NCBI GenBank assembly: GCA_964016885.1
Contig: OZ024743.1
Coordinates: forward strand, 121,706,001 to 121,770,000
DNA length: 64,000 nucleotides
Reading direction: 5' to 3'
Origin: Eledone cirrhosa
Lineage: Eukaryota
Within the stretch, counting starts at the first letter, position 1. Each line of letters begins with the position of its first letter. Below, in pieces: positions 37,925-51,733 of the stretch. A program made the translations under genes and the position numbers. The notes beneath the pieces were generated by a model. The model saw only the letters and a program-made list of their open reading frames with translations. It had not been told where the DNA came from and searched no databases.

Positions 37925-38124
37925 AGAGAGATATACTTTAACTTTAATTATATCTCATAAAATAATACAACTGGTTTTTCCACATTATACATATTGTTAG
38001 CACTCCAAACACTTAAATTGGGTTTATAGTTTAATATAACCTAATGTTTGTTGATTGAGATGGTTACCAGTCAGAGTTTAGCTTTAAACTATCTCTGTTA
38101 TTGTATTAAATATATATATATATA

Positions 38125-38465
38125 TCATTCATTTCATTTCATTTTACGTCCGCTTTTTCCCTGCTTGCAAGGGTGGGACGGGAACGGATTCTGGCTTGAT
38201 TTCTACAGCTGGATGCCCTTCCTAACACCAACCTCATTTACAGTGAGTGCTGGGTGCTTTTTTGCCGTGGCACTTACACAACCACTTTGCAGTGGAATGA
38301 TAGAGACCACAGTCCCTATCATCTCATTTCTACAGCTGAGTAAACTGGAGCAATGTGAAATAAAGTGTCTTGCTCAAGGAAACAACACATCACCCGGTCT
38401 GAGAATTGAACTCACAACCTTTTGATTGCAAGGCCAATACTCTAACAACTAAGCCATGTGCCTCC
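38125..38465 (-). mobile_element. Composite SINE: tRNA-like head, central domain and RTE-derived tail
   Basis: Minus-strand head ggcacatggcttagttgttagag...gagttcaattctc. Near-identical composite at 46623-46991. Confidence 0.75.
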
Positions 38466-38516
38466 ATATATATATATATGTGTGTACTGATTGTGTTGTT
38501 ATTTCTGTTTACCTTT

Positions 38517-38589
<73 letters not shown>

Positions 38590-39024
38590 TCCCTTTATAC
38601 ATTCTTTGGTTGCTCCTTTTGAGAAATACACAATAATCTAAACTTAGAAAGCCTCACAGTTCTTGTATGAACTTGCTTAAACAATATTATATTTACCTAA
38701 TCGGTTTTTTATCTCCATCACAAACAAAAAGACTTAAAAAATGTTCTATGGGTAACATTGCATAAGTCAAAATCTTTTATTCTCTGAAAAATTATCTATT
38801 CAACCACGAGCACTTAAAAACATGAATTTCTTATATAAATACAAAACCAGTTATTAATATTTGGGTCTTATCATACTTTTTTGCTGCTCATGTGATCAAT
38901 GTAAACTTTAACCTCTTTATCTTATTGACAAATCTTATAGCTTTTTCTCATAAAAAAATCTGTTTAAAAATGTGATTACCTTCAGAATTCTCTTCTAACC
39001 TCATTTCACTATTTTTTTGGAAAA

Positions 39025-39320
39025 ACCTTCGCAAACATTTTTTCACGCTCAGAGTTGCTGAAGTATGGAACAAACTGCCTGCGTCAGTTGTTAGCTGCCG
39101 AGACACTGCATCCTTTAAAATACTCATGCTTCCCGAAATTCGCCAAAACTACACCTGATGTACCCCATCCATACACATGCACACATGTGTATATCATGAC
39201 TCATGCACTGTTCATTTTCCTGACGTTTGTACATTACCCGATCTACTATACATACACTTTTTGATGAGTTGTAGTGCACCTGAGCACTGTACACAATATT
39301 TCATTATTATTATTATTATT
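39025..39320 (+). mobile_element. CR1-like LINE 3' end
   Basis: RKHFFTLRVAEVWNKLPASVVSCRDTASFK, then a 3'UTR and an (ATT)n tail. Confidence 0.75.
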
Positions 39321-39640
39321 AATATAGAAACACCTTAGCAGAAACATGAACAATGCTAGCATGAGATTTGTTATCTTTGTAAACTAAACCCATTATAATA
39401 AAATAAATGTGAATTACAAATAATATATATAGTACTATTTCTGAATTTTACCTCTCAATTTGAAAATAATCAAAAAGGATAATGGTATTAGAGAGTTTAA
39501 TTCGTAAAGTACTACATCTGCTTTTTTAAATTTTCTTTTCCAAATAATAAAGAATTTCTGTTGTAAGAAAGAAAAAAAAAACAAAAAAAAAACAGTAACA
39601 GATTAAAAAGGTTACACCTGTTCTTAATAATTATAATAAT

Positions 39641-40068
39641 GGTTTCTTATATTGGCACAAGGCCAGCAATTTGGGGGGAGGGGAAAGTCGATTAAATGTA
39701 CCCCAGTACATGACTGGTACTTTATTTTATCAACCCCGTAAGGATGAAAGGCAAAGTTAACATCGGCGGGATTTTACCTCAGACCGTAAAGGGGCGTAAC
39801 TCTATGCTGCAAAGCATGGTGTCCAACCCTCTACCGATACTGCCAATCCACCGCTCTAATACTAATAATAATAATAATAATAATTGTTTCTACTTTAGGC
39901 ACAAGGCCAGCAAATACCCAGTGCATTACTGGCACTTTATTTTATCGACCCCGTAAGGATGAAAGGCAAAGTCAACCTCGGCGGGATTTGAACTCAGATC
40001 GTAAAGGGACGTAACTATGCTGGAAAGCATGGCGTCTGACCCTCTACTGATACTGCCAATCCACCGCC
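39641..40068 (-). mobile_element. Two tandem Nin-domain-like SINEs separated by (AAT)n
   Basis: Family matches at 39641-39854 and 39885-40068. Confidence 0.85.
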
Positions 40069-41016
40069 CTAATAATAATAATAATAATAGTGGTGGTGGG
40101 GTGCTGCTGTTTGTATTGAAGCTGGTGGTGGTGACAGTGGTGAGTCACAAGTTGTTGCTGGTGGCAATGGTGGTGGAGTAAATATCCATAAAAATGTTGA
40201 TTTTATTGCAGAATAATGTTGGCCAGAAAAATGAGTTTCCTTCATTTGGATAGAAACTAAAAGAATGGAAACTTTCAGTTTAAATCTAGTCATGATTGAT
40301 GATTGTTTTACTGGCCAGAGCAGCTGAATATTATTGATTACTAACATTGGTGCAAAACTGCATATTTTAGGGAAGGGTTTAGTCAATTACCGAAGATGCT
40401 TCGTCCTTGAGGACGCACCCTAATTTTGACAACCAAAAATTTGAAAAAAAATAATAAACAACCTTCGGCCTCCAGGATACATGGTAGATTTTTTAGATTT
40501 ATTTTAGAAAAAAAGTAGCATCTTCGACGCCAGGAATCTCACCCCTTGTACTTGACTGAGACATTATTTTATGAAACCCAGAGAATGAAAAGCAAAGTTG
40601 GCCTTGGTACAGTTTGAACTAAGAATGTAAAAGACCATAGCTAAATACTACAGTCAAACAAACTTTAGTAACTGAATAATATTCAATTTTTTAATTTCGG
40701 CACAAGGCCAGCAAATTTGGAGGCAGGGCAAAGCCAATGAAATCAAACCTAGTACATGACTGGTACTTTATTTTATCAACCCCAGAAGGATGAAAGGCAA
40801 AGTTGGGTTTGGCAAGATTTGAACTCAGAATATAAAAAGACCATAGCTAAATATTGCAAGGCATTTTGTCCCACTCTAATGATTTGTTTCCAATTCAGCC
40901 ACCTTTAGTAACTGAATAATATTGATAACAACTCAGCTCATGACTGATTGGTTGGCAGCTGTTTAGTCTGATGGAATATTACATTATAGCTATAATAAAA
41001 CATCAATGAAAGTAGA

Positions 41017-41222
41017 GGTGGTGGTGGTGGTAGTGGTGGTGGTGGTGGCAGTGGTGATGGAGATGGCAGCGACAGTGGACATAGCAGTGGTGGTGGACAT
41101 GGCAGCAACAGTGGAGATAGCAGCAGTGGTGGTGGAGATGGCAGCGGTGATGTTGGAAATGAAGCGGTGGTAAAGGTGGCAAAAGTGGTGGCTGCGATGA
41201 TGGCTATGATGGCAGTGGTGGT
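41017..41222. repeat. Degenerate (GGT/GGC)n trinucleotide tract
   Basis: Low-complexity gtg/gca/atg repeats. Confidence 0.8.
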
Positions 41223-43586
41223 AATGTGATAACATTATAACATTGTAGAATGTGAAAAGGATGAAAATGATATATGATATATTACAAAAGTATTCCTCAG
41301 TTCAAAGTGTGTTTCATTATAAATGAGTTTGTTGATAAGAAGAGTTTTGACATTGAACATCAAAATATTTCAGAATGTTCCGTTAATATTAAAAATAAAA
41401 GTGTTACAATGCAAATTTGTAGATGAAAATACTGTTATAAAATATTCTGAAGGTGAAAAGAGCTTGCTATAGAGGAATATTTCCCAAACAGCTTTGAATA
41501 AAATCCGCCTTGACTTCTAGAAATAGTGCATGATGTAACAAAACTACCAAAATTCATAACGCAAACTATAAGTATAAAACTAGAAGTAATATTTTTCTAA
41601 GAGAACTAAATAATAATTTAGTAAAATCTTTTTTCATTAACAATAAGTTACGTAGGTTTTTAACTCAACTTTAATAGAGATATATGTGCTTAGCACATGG
41701 ATATTATCTTTTTAACAGACTAAAAATCATTCAAGACCTTCAGATCTTTCATGTTTAATAGTTTGTTGACTGTTTACTTCTTTGGAAAGAATTTGAACAA
41801 CAGAAATGAAATTCTGCAACACAGTCTGTTAGAAATGGAATATAGAACATCTTCAGTTTAAAGATTCCTTTAGGCAAACAAAAGTCCAATGATCTTTTGA
41901 ATTTGGATTTCAGCTGCATCACTTCTCAATCTTTTTCAGCAAAGATCAAAATGTAAAACTTAGGATTCCAGGTCAATATCATTTTTCAGCAACATCAGTT
42001 TTTCTATTCTTCTAATATCCTCAATCAAACTATCTAGAAATTGTTCTATTAGTCAATGTGTAACTGGTATCATAATAAGTCCTGAGACCTGTTACATCTT
42101 TATAAAGCAGAATACATTTGAAGGGCAATTCTGGTGAAGAAAGATTGAGAAAAATATTTAGTACAAAATTCTTGAAGTGAGAGAGATAGTAACGATGAGG
42201 AATTGATTGAGAAATGTAGACAACGTATATGACTTTGAGAGACAACTCTATCTTTGTAATATAATTTCATTAAAATTTACAAATAAGAAACATCATGCCA
42301 GATATTTCCTTAGTTTATCAATCAGAAAAAGAAGCCTTATGAATTACTGAGGTGCAGGGAGTGTTTGAAAATGTGAGAATCCCAAATGCAGAAACATGTC
42401 CACTGCTTTCAATAAATTCACTTATAGACAAGGTCCTCTTCCATTGCATGGTTTTAATTGTTCTAAAAGGTCTGCTCGTGTTAGAGGAATTATCTCCTTC
42501 ACTTGCTTCTCATTAACTTAACTCCTTAACCTTTTGGTGTTAATGGCTTTATCTCACATAATTATCCCACATAATATGGAATCTATGGGATTTTGATATT
42601 TATTTTGAAAACAATACCTTTACATCAGTATGAGTCACTAGTTATGATCAGTTTGAAGAGAAAAAGCTGGTTTAAATGCTGAAGGGTTGAAGGAATTTTG
42701 ACCTTGAAACTGTCTTAATTGATAGAAGTATTTTCCCCACTTACCATATTCAGACTGAAAGACTATTTGGTATGTGCATGTGTGTGCATATATATATATA
42801 TAAACGTTGTTTAATGTCAGTTTTCCCTGCTAGTAAGAGTAGCAAGTGTCATTGTTGACTGGTCAGTACATGAGCAGAGTTTCTGGCCTCCATGTGGGTC
42901 AGGGGCTTCACATAGGATCCCATGCTCTACCGAGTCATATCTTTGATACAGCTAAAGAGTCCTCCCGACAATTTGTTTGGCAAATTTTCTACAGCTAAAT
43001 ACCCTTCCTATTACCAATCACTTTACTGTATGCATTCAAGTAGATCCCCAACACTAATTAGATTGTCATGCCCCTGACACAACTATAGCATCCTATCAAC
43101 ACCTTTTGGCATGGTTTCTACAGCAGGATTCCCTTCCTTAAGCAAGCTGTACTAGGTGCATCTTTTGTGGCACCAGCACTAGAAATATTATTGGTCATTG
43201 ACTCAACTGAAGAACCCTACATGTGGGGATGGGGGCGCACGTGCAAACATACACACACAACCTCATTATTATGGCTGGAGATTTTAATTGACATGTTGGG
43301 AAGTACCATGATGGATTCCAAGGAGTGCAAAGAGGCTATGGCTTTGGTGTAAGGAATGAGGATGGATCCAGGCTTCTGGAGTTTTGTGATGTTAATGACC
43401 TGTCTATTTGCAACATGAAGTGTATTTCATAATTTATATGAGTAAATGACATATAGCTAATTCATACATATTGAATAAGAACACATGATTTAGTGAAAGT
43501 GAAAATACTTTTAATTAATTTCAAAGTATTATTGAACAAAATAGTTTATTTTTTACTTGAAATTCTTTTTCTTTTCATTGATTAAC

Positions 43587-44890
43587 CAGGGTGGAAAGAG
43601 CAGTGCCCATGATAATTTTCAGGGGGCTCTTAAAACGGAGAGGGATGGGAGGGAACTATCCTGAAACCATAGACATGGCTTGAATGCTTGTAACAAAGTG
43701 GATGCTATCATTCTAAAAAAACAAAAACCAGAGGGTGGTGTTAAACAGACAATGAATCAAGTTTAACACTCAAGTAGACAACAGTGTGATTTGAACTCAG
43801 AACACAAAGGCCCAGAACAAATACCACAGGATATTACATCCACCATTCTAGCAATTTTACTAATCCCTGCTCTGAACTGGTATTTTATATTACCTAAAGG
43901 GTGAAAAGCAAAGTTGACCTCAGTAGGACTTGAATGCAGAAAGCTGAAACAAATACTGCAAGGCATTTTATCCAATGCTCTAACAACTTTGCTATCTGAG
44001 ACAATATCTATATGAAAAGACATTTGGAAATGATGCAATGAAACCTTCAAAGATGAAAGAGCATTTTAAGATGATGCATTCGAATTTAAAAAAAAATATT
44101 TTCAATTTTTTTAAAGATACCGAATGAAAGGTTTAGAAACTGCCTCATATTTAAAGGTGAAATGAAGGTTTCTTAAACTATATCCTTTAACATAACAAAA
44201 ATAAAGAGAAGGCCAAATTTCAGAGAATATTACTATAATAGCTACAAACAAAATCATAGAAACTGTTATGAAAGATCCTGAACCTATTCTTAAGTTTATT
44301 CTCCTGAGCAACAGCTCAGTAAAATGCCATATTTATGAGACAGTCAATTTTGAAAAGATAGTAATTTCAGAACTTCAATAGTGTATGTTTTCTATCTAGC
44401 TGGAAGGGTCAATGTTTAGAGGTTTGGATATTATCAGGGCCTTTAAATTACAGCAGTCCCAGTAAAAAAAATGCATTGTTGCAGAGTGTTTTGCAAAAGC
44501 TTAAACCTGAAATAATTTTGCTTGTATTTTTTTAAGAGTATTTGAGAAAAAATACTGTTATGCTTGATAATATTATAGTAGCTTCTTCTATTGCACCCAA
44601 AGGCCAGGTAGAGATATTAAACCAAGCAATGTAGGTCACAACTAGCATGATTTTGAACTCAGAATGCAAAGGGCAGAAATTCTTTGTATAAATATTCATC
44701 ATAGATTTATTTGAGGTCAATGTAAAAATGACACTTTTTTTTTTTAGTTTTATTATTTAATAACCAAAGATTGATAAGGAAAACAAATAATTTCTTGTAT
44801 ACAACATTACATATTCAATTAAATCCACAGGCTGGATGAAAGAAGCTGCTAGGTGGATTTGCCCCCACAGGCTGTAGTTTTCTGACCCCT
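43587..44890 (+). mobile_element. Highly degraded hAT (Charlie/Buster-like) transposon relic with nested SINE pieces
   Basis: AMKPSKMKEHFKMMH at ~44035-44085; CAGGGGTGG at 43587 and ...ctgtagttttctgacccctg at 44890 resemble hAT termini. Confidence 0.5.
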
Positions 44891-46622
44891 GTTCCAGTCA
44901 TTTGTAGTTCAACTGACTTTTATATAATAAAAGGTACTACAATATTTATGGATGTAATTAATACACTAACCTCAAAATATTCTAAGAAATGTTTAGCTAT
45001 AATGATGTACAAAAACTAAAATCAAGAAAACAAGCTAATGAGGAAAGTGTCAACTTATTCATATATTTGTCTCAGTAACATAATTATTAGACACCCTTTC
45101 AAAAGCTCTGAAGACTCAATTGAAAACCTTTCAAAGATGGCAATGGAACTAGTACAAGATGACACTAAATTAATTACACATTTCTCTGTTGTGCCTTCTT
45201 CAGTTACAGTATTCAAGAAGAAAAAATGCTTCAGGTATGAAAGAGGCCAACCGAGAAGGAGTTTTAAGAGTAACACTTGTGATATAATAGACACTGGGTT
45301 AATGTTTGTCATGCCAAAAATCTTTCAGCCAATCTCAACTCAAATGATAGCTATAAAAAAACTGCTAAGCTCACTTTTATTAACCAACTAACATTATCTG
45401 CAGACCAAGAGAATTGAGAAGATATTATGCTGTCAACTCCCTTCAGATACACATCATAAGGAAGTCTAATAAATGCTTCTATCAATGATTCTAATCTCAG
45501 AGCATTAATCAACACAAGCTCAGGTAATACTTTCATTGAAAAACACATTCTGGATTACAACACTATATGCAAAACTGCTACTCTCACTAAATCAAGATTT
45601 CAAGTTCCCAGTTTCCTTAATGCAACATTTCAACTTAATTTAACATTTTACAAAAAATAAAAAATAGAATTCTGTTGCTGAATATCATCACTGGAAATGA
45701 AAGAACTTGCTTCAATAACCTCATATATGTTATGGCTTAATCTGAAAAGTAAACTTTATGAGTTATTTTGCCAAGAATAAGTATTTCAAAATGAAACCTA
45801 TGGCAATTCTATAAAAAAAATTCTGTTTCGAACAAATATTTCATCGATGTATAGAGATGACCAGAATACTAGAAGGTATTGTAGAGCTGAGTAGGAATGT
45901 TTGGAGAGCTCAATGTGTATTGGCTCAGAGGATTACAGCTTCACCATTTTATATGCAACATGCTAGCTTTATAAGTTTACCCACCTCCCACCATTTAATT
46001 GTAACAATGCAGTGTAGATATTTGATAAATTTAATCAAATAAACTCCAAGAATTTATCTTGGTGACATCATAATTACCAAAAAAGCATGACACCACTCTA
46101 TCTACATCAATCAAGGCTTTTAAAGAATGTGAAATGCAGTTCAACAAATCAGAATGTGAAATATTTCAGAAATCTATTTTGTCTTTCAGACACACAACTG
46201 AAAATAACACAGAAAATATAACCAGATTCTTCAAGATACCAATCTCTCAACAATTTTCCTGACTCTAAATAATTGAACAGTGTCAAGGCACATAGCTTAG
46301 TGGTAAGAGCATTGAGCTTACAATCATGAGATTGAGTTCAATTCCTGGAATGGGTGGTGTGTTATGACCATGAGCAAGACATTCACTTTGTTCTAGTTCA
46401 CTCAGCTGTAGAAATGAGTTACATCACTGGTGCCAAGCTCTATTGGCCTTAGCCTTTCCCATGGACAACATTGATGGTGTGTCTTGCAGATGCGAGACAC
46501 ACCACAACAGAAACATAAACCTCCATCTCAATTTTAATAAGAACTGTGAAACCGGTAAAGTAAATAAATATTCTTAAAAGACTCCAGTTGCATTTTCAAA
46601 TTCTTTTCTTTATATAAATATA

Positions 46623-46991
46623 TCATCATCATCATTTTACATCCACTTTTTCCTGCTTGCAAGGGTGGGACGGGAACTAATTCTGGCTTGATTTCTACAG
46701 CTGGATGCCCTTCCTAACACCAACCTCATTTACAGTGAGTGCTGGGTGCTTTTTTTCCGTGGCACCTACACGTCCACTTTACAGTGTGGGCTGGGTGCTT
46801 TTTTGCCATGGCACCTCCACGACCACTTTGCAGTGGATGATAAGGACCGCAGTCCTATCATCTCATTTCTACAGCTGAGTAAACTGGAGCAATGTGAAAT
46901 AAACAACTCATCACCCGGCCGGTCTGAGAATTGAACTCACAACCTTTCGATTGCAAGGCCAATGCTCTAACCACAAAGCCATGTGCCTCCA
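46623..46991 (-). mobile_element. Composite SINE, same family as 38125-38465
   Basis: Direct sequence match to 38125-38465. Confidence 0.75.
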
Positions 46992-48524
46992 TATATATAT
47001 ATATATATATATATACATACACACATACACATATTTACTGGTTTTAGTTACTGGACAGCAGCAGTAACTGGTACCACCTTTGGTAAATAGATATGAACTC
47101 TTTCCCATTGCATTCTTTGTTATTCTCACTCACTATACACTGCTTGTATATTTAGGAATGGCATTTGATTTGATCTGGCTGTATTCAATACTTCCACCAT
47201 CACTTTCTTTTCACTCCAACTCTTTTCCACCATAACTCCTATCAATCTACCTCTCTTAGCAATATGTCTCTCTCAACCCCCACCCATGTGACTCCTCATT
47301 GGCATCTACTACTCTCATTGGCCCATCTCTATTACTATCAATTACTGACTCTTTTACCATCACTCATCTTATTTCTGTTATATCATACTGTTCATGCTGT
47401 TTTTTATATAGTATATTGATCACACTGTCTCTCTCTCATATTATTCTCTTTCTTGCTATCTTCTCACTCCTATTACTGTTTCACACTTATTTTCTAGGTC
47501 ATCACTCTCTCTTCTATTCACCTTCTCAATCATGTTTGCCTTCAAAGAAAAGAGCCAATGTACATAGAGAGAACTATTTAGTCTTGCAAGGGTTAGGGGA
47601 AAACTAATCTCTATCATATTCTCTCACTGTCTCTCAGCACACTCTGTAAAGTGGTTGGTGTTAGGAAAGGCATCATGCCAAAATGGAACATGTAAGATAT
47701 GGTCCTTCAACCCATTTAGGTGGACAATAACTCCACATAAGAACAACTAGGAACTCGGTGACAAACTAAACATGGAAAGTGGATGACAGCAATGGTAAGG
47801 AGGCAGCAGGAAGGAAGAGGAGGGAGGAGGAGGTGGAGGACATTGTACGTACATTTTTATTTGAACAAGATGAAAAAACTAGACCTTTCAATATTCAGAT
47901 TTTAGAAAATATACAATTTACAATTTACGAAATGTTCATAGAAAAATTGTACACAATTGTACATATATAAATTGGATTTTGTTATTTTAAACCAACAATA
48001 TCCAAATTTTGTTTTCAATGTAGATACAAATACAACTTAAACAGAAAAGAATTCAGAAATGAACATGTGTAATAAAAACTGTGGATTACAAAGTTCTTTC
48101 TTTCAGATATATAAAAATAACTAACAAACCTTAAAATATGTTTGGAACAAATAGTGTCAATAAATACCAACCAAAAACACTTTAAAAGCAAAAAGGCTTA
48201 TTTTAAACATTAAAGATATAAAATATAAAATATAAACAAATTAAAATACAATAATTATTGTGTACAATACAACAAACATTTTCAATAACTTTGCGGCATA
48301 ATTGTCAACTAAAACCAGATAATAAAATGACATATCTGCTTCAGAATTTTCCTACTACAGTTTCTTACATAAACATCAACAATAAAAAATATTTGCAAGT
48401 AGCTAATTTATATTAAAACAAGTAAACAAAAATAGCTCATATAAGACAAAACATCAAATATAAAAAAATCACATTGGTATAAAAAAAAAGTTTGATAAAA
48501 GAGCTTCATTAATTTAATCAGTTT

Positions 48525-48679
48525 TCACAAGTTCATATCTTCATCCATGTTAACCATGTCTTTGTCAAAAGGCTGTCTTCTGTTTCGATTGTGAGTACGT
48601 CGGAAAACTCCCCAGCCAAAAATGAACCCAAGAATTCCACCAATGAGAACACAACCAATTCCAATGCCAGCCATAGTTC
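48525..48679 (-). CDS. Terminal coding exon of the host gene: transmembrane helix plus short cytoplasmic tail
   Basis: Acceptor (T)n-CCAG, then TMAGIGIGCVLIGGILGFIFGWGVFRRTHNRNRRQPFDKDMVNMDEDMNL-TGA. Phase 1, compatible with exon 60640-60792. AT-rich 3'UTR with a candidate AATAAA near 47856-47861 on the minus strand. Confidence 0.85.
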
Positions 48680-50458
48680 CTGGAAAAAAAAAATCAATAT
48701 TCCATAAATAATATATTTACAACAGGAAAGGCATCCAGCTGTAGAAACTGTGCCAAAAATTTTCAGTGTGTCAAGGACACAGCAACCGCTCTAGTGTTGG
48801 TAACATAAAACACAACTAGTACACTCTGTAAAGTGGTTGATGATAGGAAAGGCATCCACCTGTAGAAAACTTGCCAAACAAAATGTAGAGAAGTCTCCTT
48901 AGTATTTGTGCCATAATTACACAGCATTTCTTACTCTGTAGAGTGTGGGAACATATGTAAACACGATGAGATTCTGACCTATTGGAGCGATCATCATCAT
49001 CGTCACCGTTTTACGTCCATTTTTCCATGCTAGCATGGGATAGATGAATCATCCTATTGTGGACAATGCCAGGTCAGGTGACCATGTCTTGCTCATACAG
49101 AAATGATTTTGGCTTGATTTCTACAGCTGGGTGCCCTTCCTAATACCAACCACATTTACAGTGAGTACTGGGTGCTTTTATTGTGGCACCTACAGAACCA
49201 CTTTAGTGTGGACTGGGTACTTTTTGTCACCAATTAGGCACTGATTTTGTCTGTGACAACCCGTCCAAACCTTGCTAGCAGGGAAAGCAAATATTGTCTG
49301 ATGATGAATGACATAAGATAATTAAGTGGATGGAGTAATTGAATAGGACTACCTAACTGCCTACATTTTATGATATCAAATACACTGATGCTGTCCCAGT
49401 TCACTTAACAGTTGGAAAAGTTAAACTTGAAACCAAAGTCTACCAACGTATCATTGGATCAAAAATGTAATCTTTGCATGCTCCAATGGATGATGATGAT
49501 GATGAAAGTTGATGTGCAACACTGTATTCCATCATGCACAAGAAAAAACATCCACTAGACATTGACTGTCACAAAGGATTCGAACCAGTATAATTACAAT
49601 TACTCTACAAAGAGGTCATGCTGGTGTCACAATAAAAAGCACCCAGTCCATCCTTTATGGGGGAAGTGCTGGAGCAACAATAAAAAGTACCCAGTCCACC
49701 TTGTAAGTGCTGGAGTCATGATAAAATGCTCCCAGTACAAGCTGTAAAGTTGTTGGTGTTTAAAAGGGCATTATGCTGTCGTAACTAAGCCTGATACATG
49801 ACAGCTTGTCTAACCCATGCAAGCATAGAAAATAGATGTTAAACAGTGGTGAAGATGATGAATTACATATTAACCTAAAAATTAAATTACATTTACAAAC
49901 AGTAGCTGAACTATTTTTCAAGAACAAATATAGAATTGATTTACTTTGATTTGTATAGTCAAAATTTCCTTTGCAGAGCCAAATTAAAAAATAGAAAACA
50001 TGAAGCTGACTTTTATTCTATTCCCTCTCCAGAGTTTAAAAAAGCTAATAAAGTAGGTAAGTATATTCCAAATGTCTTAAGTATATCTTACATATCGCAG
50101 ATTCAAATACCAAATAATGTTTAACTCATTGGATGCTTTAATCATTTAGCCAGAGCAATGATTATAGCCTGAACTGACCAAATATTTTTAATTTTCAGTT
50201 AGAGGAGAAAATATAAACAAAGAAAGCGTTCTTGAGGGATGCAGTTCTGGAAGAAAGGGTTGGCGAAAAAGTTTAGTGTGAATCTAAAGATTGATTGTGA
50301 CAGGCAAAAGGTGACAGGAGGAGAAGATGAAAGAGTTGATTAAGGTATTAAAGATATACTGATACTCTTGTAGCAGCAGTAGACAGAAAAGGAATAGGGC
50401 TCAATGATGAACAAGTAGTGAGATAATGTTGATAACATGAAAACAAAAACAAATAATG

Positions 50459-50668
50459 GTTTCTGATTTAGGCACAAGGCCAGCAATTTTAGGGGAGAGG
50501 AAAGTCAATTAAATCGACTCCTGTGCATTACTGGTGCTTTATTTCATCGACTCTCGTGAGGATGAAAGGCAAAGCTAACCTCGGTGGGATTTGAACTTAG
50601 ACCGTAATAAGCCATAACTCTATGGTGCAAAGCATGGTGTCTGATGCTCAACCGATACTGCCAATCCG
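50459..50668 (-). mobile_element. Nin-domain-like SINE
   Basis: Family match to 39641-39854. Confidence 0.8.
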
Positions 50669-51395
50669 ATGCTGGTTTTTAAACAATTTGTGAAAAATAA
50701 TAACAAATTAAGTTGTATAATTAGACTCAGCTTATAATTAAATCATATTAGCTATCTAAAATCAAAACAGAATAACAAGTGTTTTAAGGTCATTGTCCCT
50801 GCTAAATACCCCTATGATAGTCTTCATACTTATCATGGGATCCTTTTTAAGGCAATATTTTATAGCTGGATGCCCTTCTTGGAGCCACCTCTTTAGTTAC
50901 CACTTAAAAGTAGGGTATGGTGTACCTATTCTAAACCAGATACATATGGTATATCTAAAATCAAAATATCAAAGTAATATACAGATTTAGCTTGTCTTAA
51001 TATTCAAAGAGACCTTTAAAAATTATGATATATATGCATATATAAGCCGAGAAATATGTGACAAAAAAAAAAAACTGATGGTAAAATGCGTGCGACAACT
51101 ATTTTTTTCTCTTACATGCCTTGTATTTTATTGCTATCGCTCTCTATCTCCCTACTCTCACTCTCACTTTTCTCTCTCCCTCCTCTTAATACCTTAAACA
51201 ATGTTCTATTAGTCAATCTCTTTCTTTCAATTATTCTCTATTCATTTTGTCTTCTTACACATAATTTTGATCTCCCCTGAGTAGCTATAAGTAAACAAAA
51301 ATTTGAGAAACTTGTTGATACTTTATAAAACAGATGAAATGATAAAAAAAAAGCATTATGTAATAGAGTTATGAAACAAAAACTATACTCTAAAC

Positions 51396-51733
51396 CAGGG
51401 GTTCTCAACCTTTTTTTCGCTGTGGACCACCAAAATAAGTAATGTTTTCCTGTGGACCACCTAAACTTTTAAATCTTTTGTAATAGAACTGCTACTTATA
51501 AGCAGCAGTAAATGTTTTTTTTCAATGAATTAGAAAATGCTATTATCATGTCGCAGTGCCTAAAAATCTACGCAAATAAACAGCTGAAGTCGTACTTATG
51601 CAAAGAATAAGAACAGCGCTTTAAGTCAAATGCATGGATCAAAAAAGAATTTGCTATTGAAAATTTTCTGTGGACCACCTGAATTTTCTTGTGGACCACT
51701 AGTGGTCCACATGGACCAGGTTGAGAACCCCTG
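51396..51733. mobile_element. hAT MITE, nested in an older pogo/Tigger-like relic
   Basis: Perfect TIRs CAGGGGTTCTCAACC/GGTTGAGAACCCCTG; exact 8-bp TSD ctctaaac; repeated gtggaccac subterminal motifs. Confidence 0.92.

Larger units (their letters stand above)
36612..38113 (+). mobile_element. Non-coding element with ~490-bp direct terminal repeats (period 1004 bp), each with a hammerhead ribozyme; retrozyme-like or Penelope pLTR-like
   Basis: 36621-37109 is repeated at 37625-38113 with very few differences. No ORF of 60 aa or more lies inside it. Flanked by TA/ATT microsatellites. Confidence 0.85.

Noticed and set aside
41230-45800. Coding-like stretches at ~41230-42450 and ~45000-45800 (ORFs 45038-45391, 45351-45548)
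   Set aside because: No recognisable domain or splice structure; probably decayed mobile DNA.
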